A DNA stretch of 63,583 nt, counting the filler, from Octopus bimaculoides (Eukaryota): NCBI RefSeq assembly GCF_001194135.2. It is 8 parts of 8 records of this genome, joined end to end, with 100 filler letters (N's around TTAATTAATTAA, not from the genome) between each part and the next. Parts side by side here need not be neighbours in the genome. Positions count along the whole stretch, not along the records: positions 26,749 to 47,411 come from NC_068990.1; positions 47,512 to 51,846 come from NC_068995.1; positions 51,947 to 58,224 come from NC_068993.1; 5 more parts are not named here. One strand, 5' to 3'. The translations under genes were made by a program, and so were the position numbers. The notes beneath the pieces were generated by a model. It was not told the origin of the DNA. It saw only the letters and a list, made by a program, of their open reading frames with translations, and ran no database searches. Shown piece after piece: positions 40,499-52,499 of this stretch; the first letter of the stretch is position 1, and every line of letters begins with the position of its first letter.

Positions 40499-41415
40499 CG
40501 TATCACTACTGCATAAATCTCTCTGAGAGATTTAGAAATGTATTATTTCTAAGCAAAAAACATCTTAATAGTTCAATTGGGTGTGAAATATTTTATACAT
40601 CAGAAGAAAGATATTCTTCCTCACTAGCATTTTCAATATATGTTTCTTTGGAAAAAAAACAGTGGTAATATTTCACTACCACTCAGTTTCTTGATCAATG
40701 TCACATTGATTTAAAGGTCCAAATACAAGTTAAAATCTAATTTACTTTGTGATTTATTTATAGTAAATGTAACACATTTCAAATGCATGCAAGCACAATA
40801 ACTGAAGCACTCATTCACCACACTTCACTTGATCATACAAATAATATACTAATTTGCATTTGCTTGTGCAAGAAGGTGCTGACGTTTGAGGAAACAGCAA
40901 GACCATATTCAAAGCAAGACATTAGGCTTAAGTGTTTCAGTGCAGGTAAGTGAGAGCAACACATCTTGGCAATAACACAAAAAAATTTAATCCAGCACAA
41001 CTCATTTCCTTTAATAAAATATGATTTAAATCACGAGTTCTTTCTCAATTCTTCTCTTTGTCTTCAAATAATGCTGTCGAAAAACAGTAAAGGAAGAGTT
41101 CTTTAGGTAGGTAGTACAGTCCCACAAATCATTCAGTCTTGACCACCATACCATTCCTTTCACTGCAACCATAAATCAGCTTGATACGTGATGGTTACTA
41201 TCAACATTAGACATGAATATGCAAGCACTGAGAACATAATGAAACTCACAATTAAACCTTCTGACCTTGGCTACTTGACTCTTCCAGAAGTATATAAAAA
41301 CAAGTTCTCTAGTTTGTGGACCAAAGGATAGTTCTCTCTTTAATGAAGTATTACCTCTTATTACAAAGCTTAAGTCTAATAATACTAGCCTCATCAAATT
41401 ATTTTTATTTCCCAG

Positions 41416-41457
41416 TATGGATCAGTGGAGTCTATTTCTGGACTCCACTGATCCATA
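41416..41457. repeat. Perfect 17-bp inverted repeat with 8-nt loop
   Basis: TATGGATCAGTGGAGTC-tatttctg-GACTCCACTGATCCATA. Confidence 0.95.
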
Positions 41458-42589
41458 TCATCCTGGCCCATGCATGTTTTTGATCTGTTGTAAGCATTCA
41501 AACAAGGTTTCTGGTTGGGAATTATCATTACTGCAATCCTCACTGCACCCTGACTCACTTTTTAATGTCTCTAGATGTCAAAAAATAACATTAAACCCAC
41601 TGGACAATTGTCCCTTTTTTTTCCTTTAATATTTGTGGACTCTGATCCAATTTTGTTTCTTATTAACACACAGGCCACATATGTTATTCTTCTCCAGTAC
41701 ACAAATTTCTCAGCTATAGTTTCTTATCTACAATCCATTTCAAATCTAAATCTCTTACCTGTAATCTATTTCTGTTGTCCAGGTTTCATCTATAATCAAA
41801 CTTCATCCTGAAAAAGTGATGTCTATATGTATCTATAAATACCACTGTCTCTGCCTTAAACTCTTTCATCTAGATAGCAAAAACAAAGACTTTCACTTAC
41901 TCTTCTTCAATGTCTCACTCACCCACCCCTCTAAACTCATCCCCTTCATCTGTCATCCTCTGGACTTCAGTTACCAAATCTGACTACATCGCTTCCTGCA
42001 TTGAGGACATATATTTCATTTCACTCCTCTCTGAAGTCATTATCCTTGTGACTTCAGTCCTGACAACTCTTCTTGGCTTTCACATTCATCCTATGTTCTT
42101 ACTGCTAGTGCAGAGACCAAATATTTCAATATCTCCCTTTATACATTAATTAGTTCCATCCCCTTACATATATCCCTGACTGACAAGTGTACTCCAAATA
42201 CTTTTGGTCTATCTCTCACCTCCAAACCCAGCCCCTACCAAATCCAACCCCTACCTTGCCATTGACCTATCTGAAACAGATCAGTTGGTGACTGAAGCCA
42301 TCCTCTTAAGCAAGTCTCTTCACATCCCATACATAACCACAACAGTTCACTCTATATCCTCCAAATGGTCCTTTCATAAATATACTGCAGAAGATTTTAA
42401 CCATGATGCTTCAGTTAGCAGAACTCTTTCGGAATTAGCTTCTTCACTTGCTGCTTGCCTTGCATCTAATTCCATACTGCATATTGGATTCTCTTTCCTA
42501 AACTGAATGCTTATAACTGCATCTGTCTGCTATTTCTAAGATTGATGTTTTCTTGGCAGATCACACCATTAAGGCATGTGCTGACAGAG

Positions 42590-42636
<47 letters not shown>

Positions 42637-43884
42637 NNNNNNNNNNGTCTCTCTCTCTCTCTCTCTCATCTACACTCTATCTACTCTGATGTGCTCCAAA
42701 ATTTGGTTATGTCCCCAATACTCTTCCTATACATCAACAAAGTACTTGTCATCATCTTTATTCGTGCCAGTGTATATGCAATAATATTACCCATCGATCC
42801 TCTCTAACCTAACCTTCTATTGTCAAGTGTCCTCCACATACAGTTAGATGCCTCATACTAAAGCTGCACTGACTCCATTAACAGAGACAAAATTAATCTT
42901 GTATTCACCCCAGCCACACCTCATACAACCCACTATTCTTCCTTGGGATATGGCTAAACATTTTGTCCAGCACAGTAACGATTCTGCCAGCTCACTGCTT
43001 TAATGATCATGATAATGATGATTAGCTGTTATATTTAGAAGGTTTGGTTATTACCTAGAAATGCTGCATTGACTTGTTATCTATCTTATCTTTAGAGGCA
43101 GTAATATAAAACAATAATAGAAGTGTCAAAGTTAATACAAATTCTTACTCATAGGAAGTAATCTCATATCCATTGATATAGTCCAAATAGACTTCTCCTC
43201 ATATCCCAGTTGATTTATTGGTTGTGTAGTTCCAAGTATTGCCAGCTTAAAAAGACCTATGACGAAAGACATTTCAGCCATAACCATCAAGTCCGTTCTT
43301 AGATACCATGTATCTAGGATTACATTAACTAACGTGTTCTTTTTGTTTTGAAAATGGTAGGACGGGAGTCATGAAAGAGCCTTGTGCTTAGGTATTGGGC
43401 TTTTGATTGTTAAGTCATAGGTTTGGTTCATGGACAGAGTGATGTCTTGTGTCTATGAACACAGTAGTTTATTTCACGTTGCTTTTGTGCACTCAACTGA
43501 AAATGAGTAATAGTGATATCTAAGGATCAAGCTTGTGATATCTGGCAGGTGTTAACTTGTCTTGTCCAAGAGGGAGTCTCAGACTCTTAAACTAAACACT
43601 TTGAGAATCTGGATAAGTTCTGGCTACATGATTCAGTAGACTCAAAGCAGACTTTGTTTTTAGAGCATAATTTGAGGAAGATTTGGGTGCTATTTCTAGC
43701 AAGTAAATCGACCATTTACAGGTGCCCTTTTTTGATAAAATAAGTATCACTAACTTTAATGCGAACACTGTTTGAGATAGGAACCATGACCAGCTTTAGT
43801 TAGAAACCAAGCAAAAGTACAACTCTTACTATATATTTCCTATTGGGCAAGTATCATCTTTTTGTTTTGTTTTTCTTTTACTTT

Positions 43885-44148
43885 CTTTTATTTTCTTTTA
43901 CATGTTTCAGTCATTTGACTGTGGCCATGCTGGAGCACTGTCTTAAAGGATTTTAGTCAAAGAAATCGGCCCCAGGACTTATTTTTGTAAGCCTAGTACT
44001 TATTCTTTTGATCTCTTTGCCAAACTGCTAAGTTACAGGAACATAAACATACCAACATCAATTGTCAAGCAATGGCGGGAGGACAAACAAAGACACAGAC
44101 GTAAATATATATGCATATACATATATATATATATATATATGCATATAC

Positions 44149-44202
<54 letters not shown>

Positions 44203-44440
44203 ATATATACATATATATATATATGCATATACATATATATGTGTGTATATATATATGTGTGTGTGTGTGTATGTATATATATATATATATACAACAGGCT
44301 TCTTTCTACCAAATCCACTTACACGGCTTTGGTAGGTCCAAGGATATAGTAGAAGACAGTTGCCCAAGGTGCCATGCAGTGGGACTTAACCCAGAAGCAT
44401 GTGGTTAGGAAACAAGTTTCTTAGCACACAGCCATGTCTG
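43885..44440 (-). mobile_element. Near full-length SINE family 2
   Basis: tRNA-like head (GGCTGTGTGCTAAGAAACTTG..GGGTTAAGTCCCACTGCATGGCACCTTGGGCAA), internal (TA)n, conserved 3' half and AAAAG-type tail, all on the minus strand. Confidence 0.85.
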
Positions 44441-44789
44441 TTCACATGCCATTAATATGTAACTATTAGTTACTGAGTCAACAAAAAATAGGAGTGTCTC
44501 TTTCTCAGCTTTGTGGATTAAAGAAATTGAGTAATAGGATAGGTGTGCTAATCTCAGGTAATGATAGATATTTAGAGGAAAAGAATCATAAGTTTCATAC
44601 GATTAATGAGTCATTCTTCTTTCCATTTCCTTCTGAGGAGGTGATTTAGTGTTTTGGGTTATAATATTGTTTGAAAAATGTCTTTAATATAAGTAACCCC
44701 ATAAGTTGAGGAAAACATTGTTGTTTTCTGAAGACATTTCTTTTTCTGTTTAGGTCTTGTTTTTTTTTTAACAATTTATATAAACGTTT

Positions 44790-45040
44790 GTTCACACTCA
44801 CGATCTCTAGATTGTGAGTTCAATTCCTGGACTGAGCAGCACATTGTGTTTTTGAGCAAAACACTCCATTTCATATTTCATGTTGATACAGTCCACTCAG
44901 CTGTAAATGGGTAACTCTGTGATTAAATAACTTTCTTGTTAGGGGAAAAATTAGCTTACTTGCCTAGCCAGTGGGATAGCATCATTCAAAAGCTAAAACA
45001 ATGCAAAACACATTGTGACCAGCAATATGTAATAACATCC
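44790..45040 (+). mobile_element. Old tRNA-derived SINE with a conserved TTGAGCAAAACACT..AGTCCACTCAGCTGTAAATGGGTA central domain
   Basis: B-box GTGAGTTCAATTCC followed by the central domain; a more decayed copy lies at ~43370-43620. The domain resembles Deu/Meta-type SINE cores, but that assignment is not verified. Confidence 0.55.
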
Positions 45041-45112
45041 ATTCAATAGTCCGATTAATACTGTGATATACCATGATATATATAAATGTGTGTGTGTATG
45101 CATACATACATA

Positions 45113-46383
45113 CAAGGCAGTATCCCACAATGCATTTTCAGTACCAGTGCTAATTCCAGCATTTGGGATATTTGATTGATCTGTAGAGGAAATTCAATCC
45201 ATAGAGGTTAAAACCCATAAGATTCTGACATCAACTGGAAATCTCCACAGAAATGATGATGTCGACATGTTCTACCTAAGAAGAGGCAAATGTGATAGAG
45301 GTTTGAGATTAGGGCAGACAGCCTTTGAATGTCAAATAGTCTCTTCCAGACAGTATTTGCTAAACAACAGTAACAAAAATAAACAGATTAACTTAGTGTT
45401 GGAAAGGCAAGAGAATGATATCCTACATGTTGGCAGCCAGCTCTTCAGTGTTGAAAAGGGAAGAGAACAATATCTTACATTTTTGCAGTGAGCTCCTCAG
45501 GAAGAATTCCCTTCCTGATGATCCCAAAACAGCCAGACTAATACACCTCAAGGAAGATCTGAATGTGAAGCACTTAGCATACCAAAGAAAGACTATTCAT
45601 GGGTGTGTTTCTCAAACACTTGAAGACAACAGTAATATCAACATGAAGTGCAGCATCTCTTGGACTCGTGGCTACTATATCACATTACACTTCAAAGGCT
45701 ATGCATTTGCAATCTAGGAACAGGAGATTGCTACAAAATTCCTAATAAACAAAAGGACAGTGAAGCCCTGGGAGCTCCAAGATGCAGTCAAAAATATAGA
45801 TGGTGTTATATTTTTGTGGAAGACATCATACATGTGATTAGCAGCTGTTCAGAAATATCATCAAGGTACTACGTCCCTATGCAACATGACATTGTCACAA
45901 AAACAATATACAATGCCATTCAGAAAAAAGACTGTTGTAGAATAAACACATAGTCCCCCTATTATTGAACACATACACAAACATCAACACAAGGAATACC
46001 GGTGGGACATTCCTATCAAAGCATCAGTCAAGTTTAAACATAGCAGGTCAGATATTGTCATTTGGGAGAGAGAACAAAAAGTATGTATTGTCATAGAGGT
46101 CAGCTGTTATGCTGTTGTGAATATCCCTTTAAAAATCAAAGAGAAAGAGGGTAACTATGGACAACTGCTTTGAAACCTCCAGCTTCTATATCCAGATTAT
46201 GAATTAACATCTATACCGATAATAATTGGTGCACTTGGTTTTGTGAGTCAATATCTAAGTGACAATCTGGATAATTTGGGGTTTTCAGGAAAAGAAATCA
46301 ACCACCTAATTTTCACATTATAAATACAATCTGTAAGTAGAACAATAAAAATATGCAAGACTTTTCTCATGTTTAAAATGTGA
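45113..46383 (+). mobile_element. Decayed R4/Dong-clade non-LTR retrotransposon, 3' part (post-RT, zinc knuckle, restriction-like endonuclease)
   Basis: NAFSVPVLIPAFGI..KTHKILT..DVDMFYLRRGKCDRGL; FAI*EQEIATK; VEDIIHVISSCSEISSRYYVPMQHDIV; WDIPIK..SRSDIVIWEREQKVCIVIEVSC (RPD..EV endonuclease motif); ends KM* at 46383. Multiple stops. Confidence 0.8.
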
Positions 46384-46483
46384 CATTGCTTTTGTTATCT
46401 ACACCCAATGATGGACCTTTGTATCTTTGTTTAGAAAACAGCTCCTTCGCCAGAAGAATTTAAATAATTAAAAGCAGAAGAGA

Positions 46484-46516
<33 letters not shown>

Positions 46517-46661
46517 ATATTTGTTATCAATAGTCCAAGCTGCAACCTTACAGCTTTTTGCAGCTATGTGCATGGTGGATTCCTTTAATGTTGAGATGAA
46601 AAGACTTGCATGGAAACCAGAAAACAGTGAAGTGTTTCCTGTTTGTATTGTTTTTCCTATC

Positions 46662-46699
<38 letters not shown>

Positions 46700-47639
46700 C
46701 TTGTCTGCATTTGTTCATCCATCAACACTTAGCAACAAGTGTTGGTGTGTTTACATCTCTGTAACTTGGCAGTTTGACAAAGGTGACTGATAAAATAAGT
46801 ATTAGGCTTACGAAAAATAAGTCCTGGGGTCAATTTGTTTGACTAAAATCCTTCAAGGTGGTGCTCCAGCATGGCTACAGACAAATAACTGAAACAAATA
46901 AAAGAATAAAAGAGTAAAAAGATATAAACACATAGATTTAAACCAAAGATACAATCTTGATTAGAGATAGCAACAGTCAAGTGCTGAGTCACACCTAAGA
47001 TTTATTTTGGATTTGGTACCTACTTGTCAACATACCTGCAGTACACGACCAACATGTGACATGTAATGGCTATTTCTACGTCACTGTGAACTCGGTGCCT
47101 AAGCAGTCTGACGTCATATGTGTTGATGCACATAAACTCTAATGGATCCTGTAACTAATCTATCTACACATACATACACATAAAAATATACATACATACA
47201 CACATGTTTGTGTGTGTGTGTGTGTGTGTGTGTGCGTGCGTGATCATCATCATCATCATTTAGCATCTGCTTTCCATGCTGGCATGGGTTAGACAGTTTG
47301 ACTGGAACTGGTAAGCTGGGGAGCTGCACCAAGTTCCAGTCTGATTTAGTATGGTTTCTGGAACTTGGTGCAGTTCTCCCGCTTACCAGTTCCAGTCAGA
47401 CTGTCTAACCCNNNNNNNNNNNNNNNNNNNNNNNNNNNNNNNNNNNNNNNNNNNNTTAATTAATTAANNNNNNNNNNNNNNNNNNNNNNNNNNNNNNNNN
47501 NNNNNNNNNNNAAGACTAAAAATGAAAATCAAAATCTCTACTACATGCCAACACCCACGACGCACACACACACACACACATACACACACACAGATATACC
47601 CACGCACTCGCATACATATATATGCACGCACGCACACAC

Positions 47640-48468
47640 TACATATACATCCTGCTCTCCGCTCCCGGCAACCTCGCCGCCTGCGCCCTCCACGGTCGCT
47701 ACTGACTTGTTGCTTTGTAACTGCTGCTCGCATTGAAAACCTGACCGAAGCCAACAACCATAAGAGGGAAAAAGAGTGAGGCAAGACGACAGAAGTGTTA
47801 CTTTTCCTCTTTTATTTATCTGAATCTGAGACGTCAATTGAGGCCCGGGAGGCGGGGCATCATCATCTTATCTCATTAAACCTACCTTCTTTGTTTTACT
47901 TTTTTTTTCTTGCTTGTTTTACTTTCTACGTATATTTTTATCATCGCTTTTTTTCGAGAGTCTCTTAGAAAGATAGACTATTCGCTGCTGTTTTGGTGGA
48001 TCGAGCTTCTTCTCTGCCGACTGACGTAATTTAGTCCATCTTAAAACCTGCTTGATTTAACACAGCTAAACCAACTGTTAAGCAGAGTGTTTACGATAAC
48101 GCAGCGATTGAACTCAGCGTATAACGAAATCAACGGATCGATCGTTAAATCAAGGAATCAGTTTGTCAAATAGCTAGCTAACAAACTAACCCAACGAGCC
48201 GAACCAATACTGAATCAGTCAGTCGGTAGCAGGAAAAAAGTAATAAGGAAATCTGTGGATCAGACTATCGATCTTAATAAAAAACAGTGGCTGATTTGAT
48301 CAGTGAATTTGGATCAACTTTTACCAATAATTTGATCGTTCATAATAATAAAAAAAACAAAAAACACAGAATATAATTGAACGAAAGACGAAACGAGAGG
48401 AAAGGAATAATAAAAAAAAGGAAAACTATTTCTATATCAAAGTACACAGTGAGTAGGAGATCATTATC
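47640..48468 (+). promoter_or_regulatory. Putative promoter and 5' UTR of the PDZ gene
   Basis: Local GC/CpG-rich island at 47640-47760; CRE-like GACGTCA (~47830) and TGACGTAA (~48022); GC box GAGGCGGGGC (~47850); Inr-like ATCAGTT (~48157) and TCAGTC (~48215). Free of repeats up to the ATG. Confidence 0.5.
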
Positions 48469-48570
48469 ATGGCAGCTACCGTTATTCACTTGCAAAAAAG
48501 CCCAGGTGAATCGTGGGGATTCCGTTTACAAGGTGGACTCGATTTTAGACAACAACTTTCAGTTAAAAAA
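48469..48570 (+). CDS. First coding exon of a PDZ(-LIM) protein of the Zasp/ALP-Enigma family (N-terminal PDZ start)
   Basis: MAATVIHLQKSPGESWGFRLQGGLDFRQQLSVKK carries the WGFRLQGG.DF..PL signature of ALP/Enigma/Zasp PDZ domains. It ends in phase 0 at a perfect donor AAA|GTAAGT. The next PDZ exon was not found in the window. Confidence 0.85.
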
Positions 48571-48649
48571 GTAAGTTCATTACCATTAATTTTATTCGTT
48601 CGTTGCTCGTTTACTTTTATGTTTCATTATTTATTATTTTCTTCTTTTG

Positions 48650-48729
<80 letters not shown>

Positions 48730-49855
48730 CGTTTCTCTTGTTTGGTGTGCATGCAACCGCTGCATGTTAACTTGCCTCCGTACTACCGCCCTCCATGCAC
48801 ATATAAACACACACACACACACCCACACGTATGCAAAGTCTCGAAGATTCGCCGGTGGTTGGCCGACCACGGCGGAATTTCGAAGTGAATGCCAATAAAG
48901 TTATTAAAAGTACCTAATCCCACACTTCAGGGATCATCCATTTAATCCTTTGGCGGATGCACATAACTAAGAGTGCCTTACGAATCTATCATTAGCTTTT
49001 CAGAGATAGGAGGATGTGATTTCAAGGGTATTTAGCTGTTATTTCTAGCTTTGTTGTTGACCGACCTGACTTATGATCAAAGATGGTCCACCGATTACCA
49101 CCCCATCTTTCATTTAGGCATATCTTAGGGCTAAATTATCCGTATCTCCCACCCATTTAATCTTTTTTTCTTTCATATAGTAAATGAGATTTGAGTGAAA
49201 TTTGGTTACCATTCTCAGCAGGTCGTTATTGCTGCTGTTTAACCCCAGGACAGCAATTGTCCGAACAGACAAATTATCGAATGTATGTGTTCTAGCAATG
49301 ATCAGCCCATTTTTAAAATTTCAATCGTATCTTGGCCTGCACCATTCAATGTGTCCTTACCTTTTCTTTATTATTTTAAGATGACAGGGGGTGAACTGCA
49401 GTAGTTTGGCAGTTATTTTTAGCAGATGAAGCGACCACGTAGAGGCTTCCCCGTTGCCGCGAAGGAAGCAAGGTGTGAAGGAAGAGAGGACATTATCTCC
49501 GGGTGGTTTATTTAGTAAGACGATCACCTTCGCCAGAAAGTGTAGCGAGTTATTTTTGCCATCTCAAGTGACTGTTTACTTGGATAAAATGTTTGATGCT
49601 ATAAAGGATGTAATATCTAATATATCTAAAGATATAATATTAGGCAGGCGTGACTGACTGTGTGTGCAGTGGGGGGGGGGATGGGGTAAGGAGTCTGCTT
49701 CTCATCCACATGGTTCCGGGTTCAGTCCTACAGCGTAGCACCTTGGGCAAATTCCTTCTACTATAGCCCAGGGCTAACCAAAGCTTTGTGAGTGGTTTTG
49801 ATAGACGGAAACTAGAAGCTCTGCATGTGTATGTATGTATGTATGTATGTATAGT

Positions 49856-49903
<48 letters not shown>

Positions 49904-50447
49904 GGTGTGTGTGTATGTGTGTTCGTCCCCCACTCGACAACCAGTGTTGGTTTGTCTGCGTCCCCGTAACTAAGCGGTTCGGCGTAAGACACCGACAGAA
50001 TAAGTACCAGGCTTTAAAAACTAACTAAAACCCTCCAAGGCGGTGACCCAACCTGGCCGTAGTCCAATGGCTGAAACAAAAGATTAAAGATACCTATACA
50101 AGTGTGTCCCCTCCACAGATTTTGTTTCTTCATAACTTTCAGAAAAATGAATTTTTTTCTTCTTAATGAAATTTTCAACAAAAACCGTTTCAGATTCCGT
50201 AGATTCCGGTCGTATTGCAGGCGCGCTCAACAGACATGCTGACACACGTCGCAGAAATGTCTGCAAAATGAAACTTAGAATTTTGACAACAATTATCCTT
50301 TCTACTCTAGGCACAAGACCTGAAATTTGTGGGGAGGAGGATAATCGATTAGATCGACCCCAGTGTTCATCTGGTACTTAATTTATCGACCCCGAAAGGA
50401 TGAAAGGCAAAGTCAACCTCGGCGGAATTAGAACATTTTGACAACAA

Positions 50448-50611
50448 TTATGTGACATTATTTACATCATTTACATTTGACAGATATTTGTCCTTATCTT
50501 GTTTGTTGTTAACACAACTTTTCGGCTGATATACCCTCCAGCCTTCATCAGGTGCCTTGGGGAAATTTCGAACCTGGGTTCTCATTCCTAAGGTATTTTT
50601 CGATGTTGTTG

Positions 50612-50640
<29 letters not shown>
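50448..50640 (-). mobile_element. SINE family C body (head probably lost in the gap)
   Basis: Reverse complement of 51055-51200 (AAAATACCTTAGGAATGAGAAC.CAGGTTCGAAATTTCCCCAAGGCACCTGATG..CAGCCGAAA.GTTGTGTTAACAACAAACAAGAT.AGGACAAATATC), with an (AAT)n tract. Confidence 0.85.
50511..50556 (-). ncRNA. Minimal hammerhead-like motif, family C (canonical CUGAUGA core, stem III mutated)
   Basis: GGCAC-CUGAUGA-A-GGCUG(GAGGGUAUAU)CAGCC-GAA-AAGU-U-GUGUU; ACGU has become AAGU. Confidence 0.5.
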
Positions 50641-50651
<11 letters not shown>

Positions 50652-50931
50652 NNNNNNNNNNNNNNNNNNNNNNNNNNNNNNNNNNNNNNNNNNNNNNNNN
50701 NNNNNNNNNNNNNNNNNNNNNNNNNNNNNNNNNNNNNNNNNNNNNNNNNNNNNNNNNNNNNNNNNNNNNNNNNNNNNNNNNNNNNNNNNNNNNNNNNNNN
50801 NNNNNNNNNNNNNNNNNNNNNNNNNNNNNNNNNNNNNNNNNNNNNNNNNNNNNNNNNNNNNNNNNNNNNNNNNNNNNNNNNNNNNNNNNNNNNNNNNNNN
50901 NNNNNNNNNNNNNNNNNNNNNNNNNNNNAAG

Positions 50932-51002
50932 AATTATCTGGCGTAGTGGTTAAGAGCGTGGGCTACTAACCCCAAGATTCCGAGTTCAATTCCAAGCAGT
51001 GA

Positions 51003-51038
<36 letters not shown>

Positions 51039-51230
51039 TAATAATAATAACAACAGCGAAAAATACCTTAGGAATGAGAACTCAGGTTCGAAATTTCCCC
51101 AAGGCACCTGATGGAAGCTGGAAGGTATATCAGCCGAAACGTTGTGTTAACAACAAACAAGATGAGGACAAATATCCGTCAAATGTAAATAATGTAAATA
51201 ATTTCTCATCTCTTAAATATAGAACTGAAT
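50932..51230 (+). mobile_element. tRNA-headed SINE family C with internal (AAT)n and a hammerhead-like 3' module
   Basis: A box TGGCGTAGTGG (50939-50949), B box GAGTTCAATTCC (50982-50993), (AAT)n, then the family C body. Confidence 0.8.
51103..51148 (+). ncRNA. Minimal hammerhead-like motif, family C (A9G, ACGU palindrome intact)
   Basis: GGCAC-CUGAUGG-A-AGCUG(GAAGGUAUAU)CAGCC-GAA-ACGU-U-GUGUU. Confidence 0.45.
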
Positions 51231-51773
51231 TATGTCACATCGTATTTAATAGCATAAATAACCGAGTATTTTACTGGTATTTGTATAGTTTAACGTAATC
51301 GTCTGTCGGGGCCCACGTGACACTGCGTGTTATAAAGATGGCCGTTTGAATTACAAATGCAACCGCAGTTCGTCCAAGTGGTTTCCATTCTGTTTCCTTT
51401 TACCCAGTTTTAATATCAAGGTTTTATTTGATTCGAATGTAAAATCAAGCAGACATTTGTCTGAAGTGCTGGGCAATGGTATCGAACTTATGTCCAAGGG
51501 AAAGCAAAGAGAAACTTCTTTATCATCCTACCATGCTGTTTCTTTCGTATTGACAGTTCAAATGCACACATGGGCAGACGATCTTTCTCTCTTTCTCTCT
51601 CTCTCACACACACATATGCACGCGCACACAGAGACACACACGTACACACACACATACACACATGCACACACAGAGACACACACACATGCACACATATGCA
51701 TACACACATACACGCGCGCATATACACACAGACACACACACTCGTTCTATCTCTTTCTCTCCCCATCTCTTTA

Positions 51774-51846
<73 letters not shown>

Positions 51847-51947
51847 NNNNNNNNNNNNNNNNNNNNNNNNNNNNNNNNNNNNNNNNNNNNTTAATTAATT
51901 AANNNNNNNNNNNNNNNNNNNNNNNNNNNNNNNNNNNNNNNNNNNNA

Positions 51948-52121
<174 letters not shown>

Positions 52122-52453
52122 TCTTTTATAAGAACAAAATTCACTTAGGATTTCAACAAGTAAAAGATGAAACGTAGCAGGTATAGAACTGTTAGCTTTA
52201 AACTGCAATAGCAGCGGGGTTAAACATTATATTTCCTAACTATTGAATACACACACACGCATAGGTGAGTGTGCATGTGTATGCGTGTGGTTATGTAGCT
52301 GTGAGTGTGTGTATATATGTGCTTCTAGGTGTATGTAGTTGTGTTTACATTGATGTAGATGTGTGTATCTCTCTGTGTAAATGTAATTGTGCGCAGTTGT
52401 TTGTGTGTGTAGATAGACAGATAGATTTATATACATTTTTGTGAATATAATGT

Positions 52454-52485
<32 letters not shown>

Positions 52486-52499
52486 NNNNNNNNNNAACG

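Noticed and set aside
40931-40951. TTTCAG|TGCAG|GTAAGT, a possible micro-exon or plus-strand donor
   Set aside because: One such 9-mer is plausible by chance in a window this size; no supporting ORF or upstream exon.
50932-51006. tRNA-like sequence with A and B boxes
   Set aside because: No closing acceptor stem, and it runs into a repeat body; a SINE head, not a tRNA gene.
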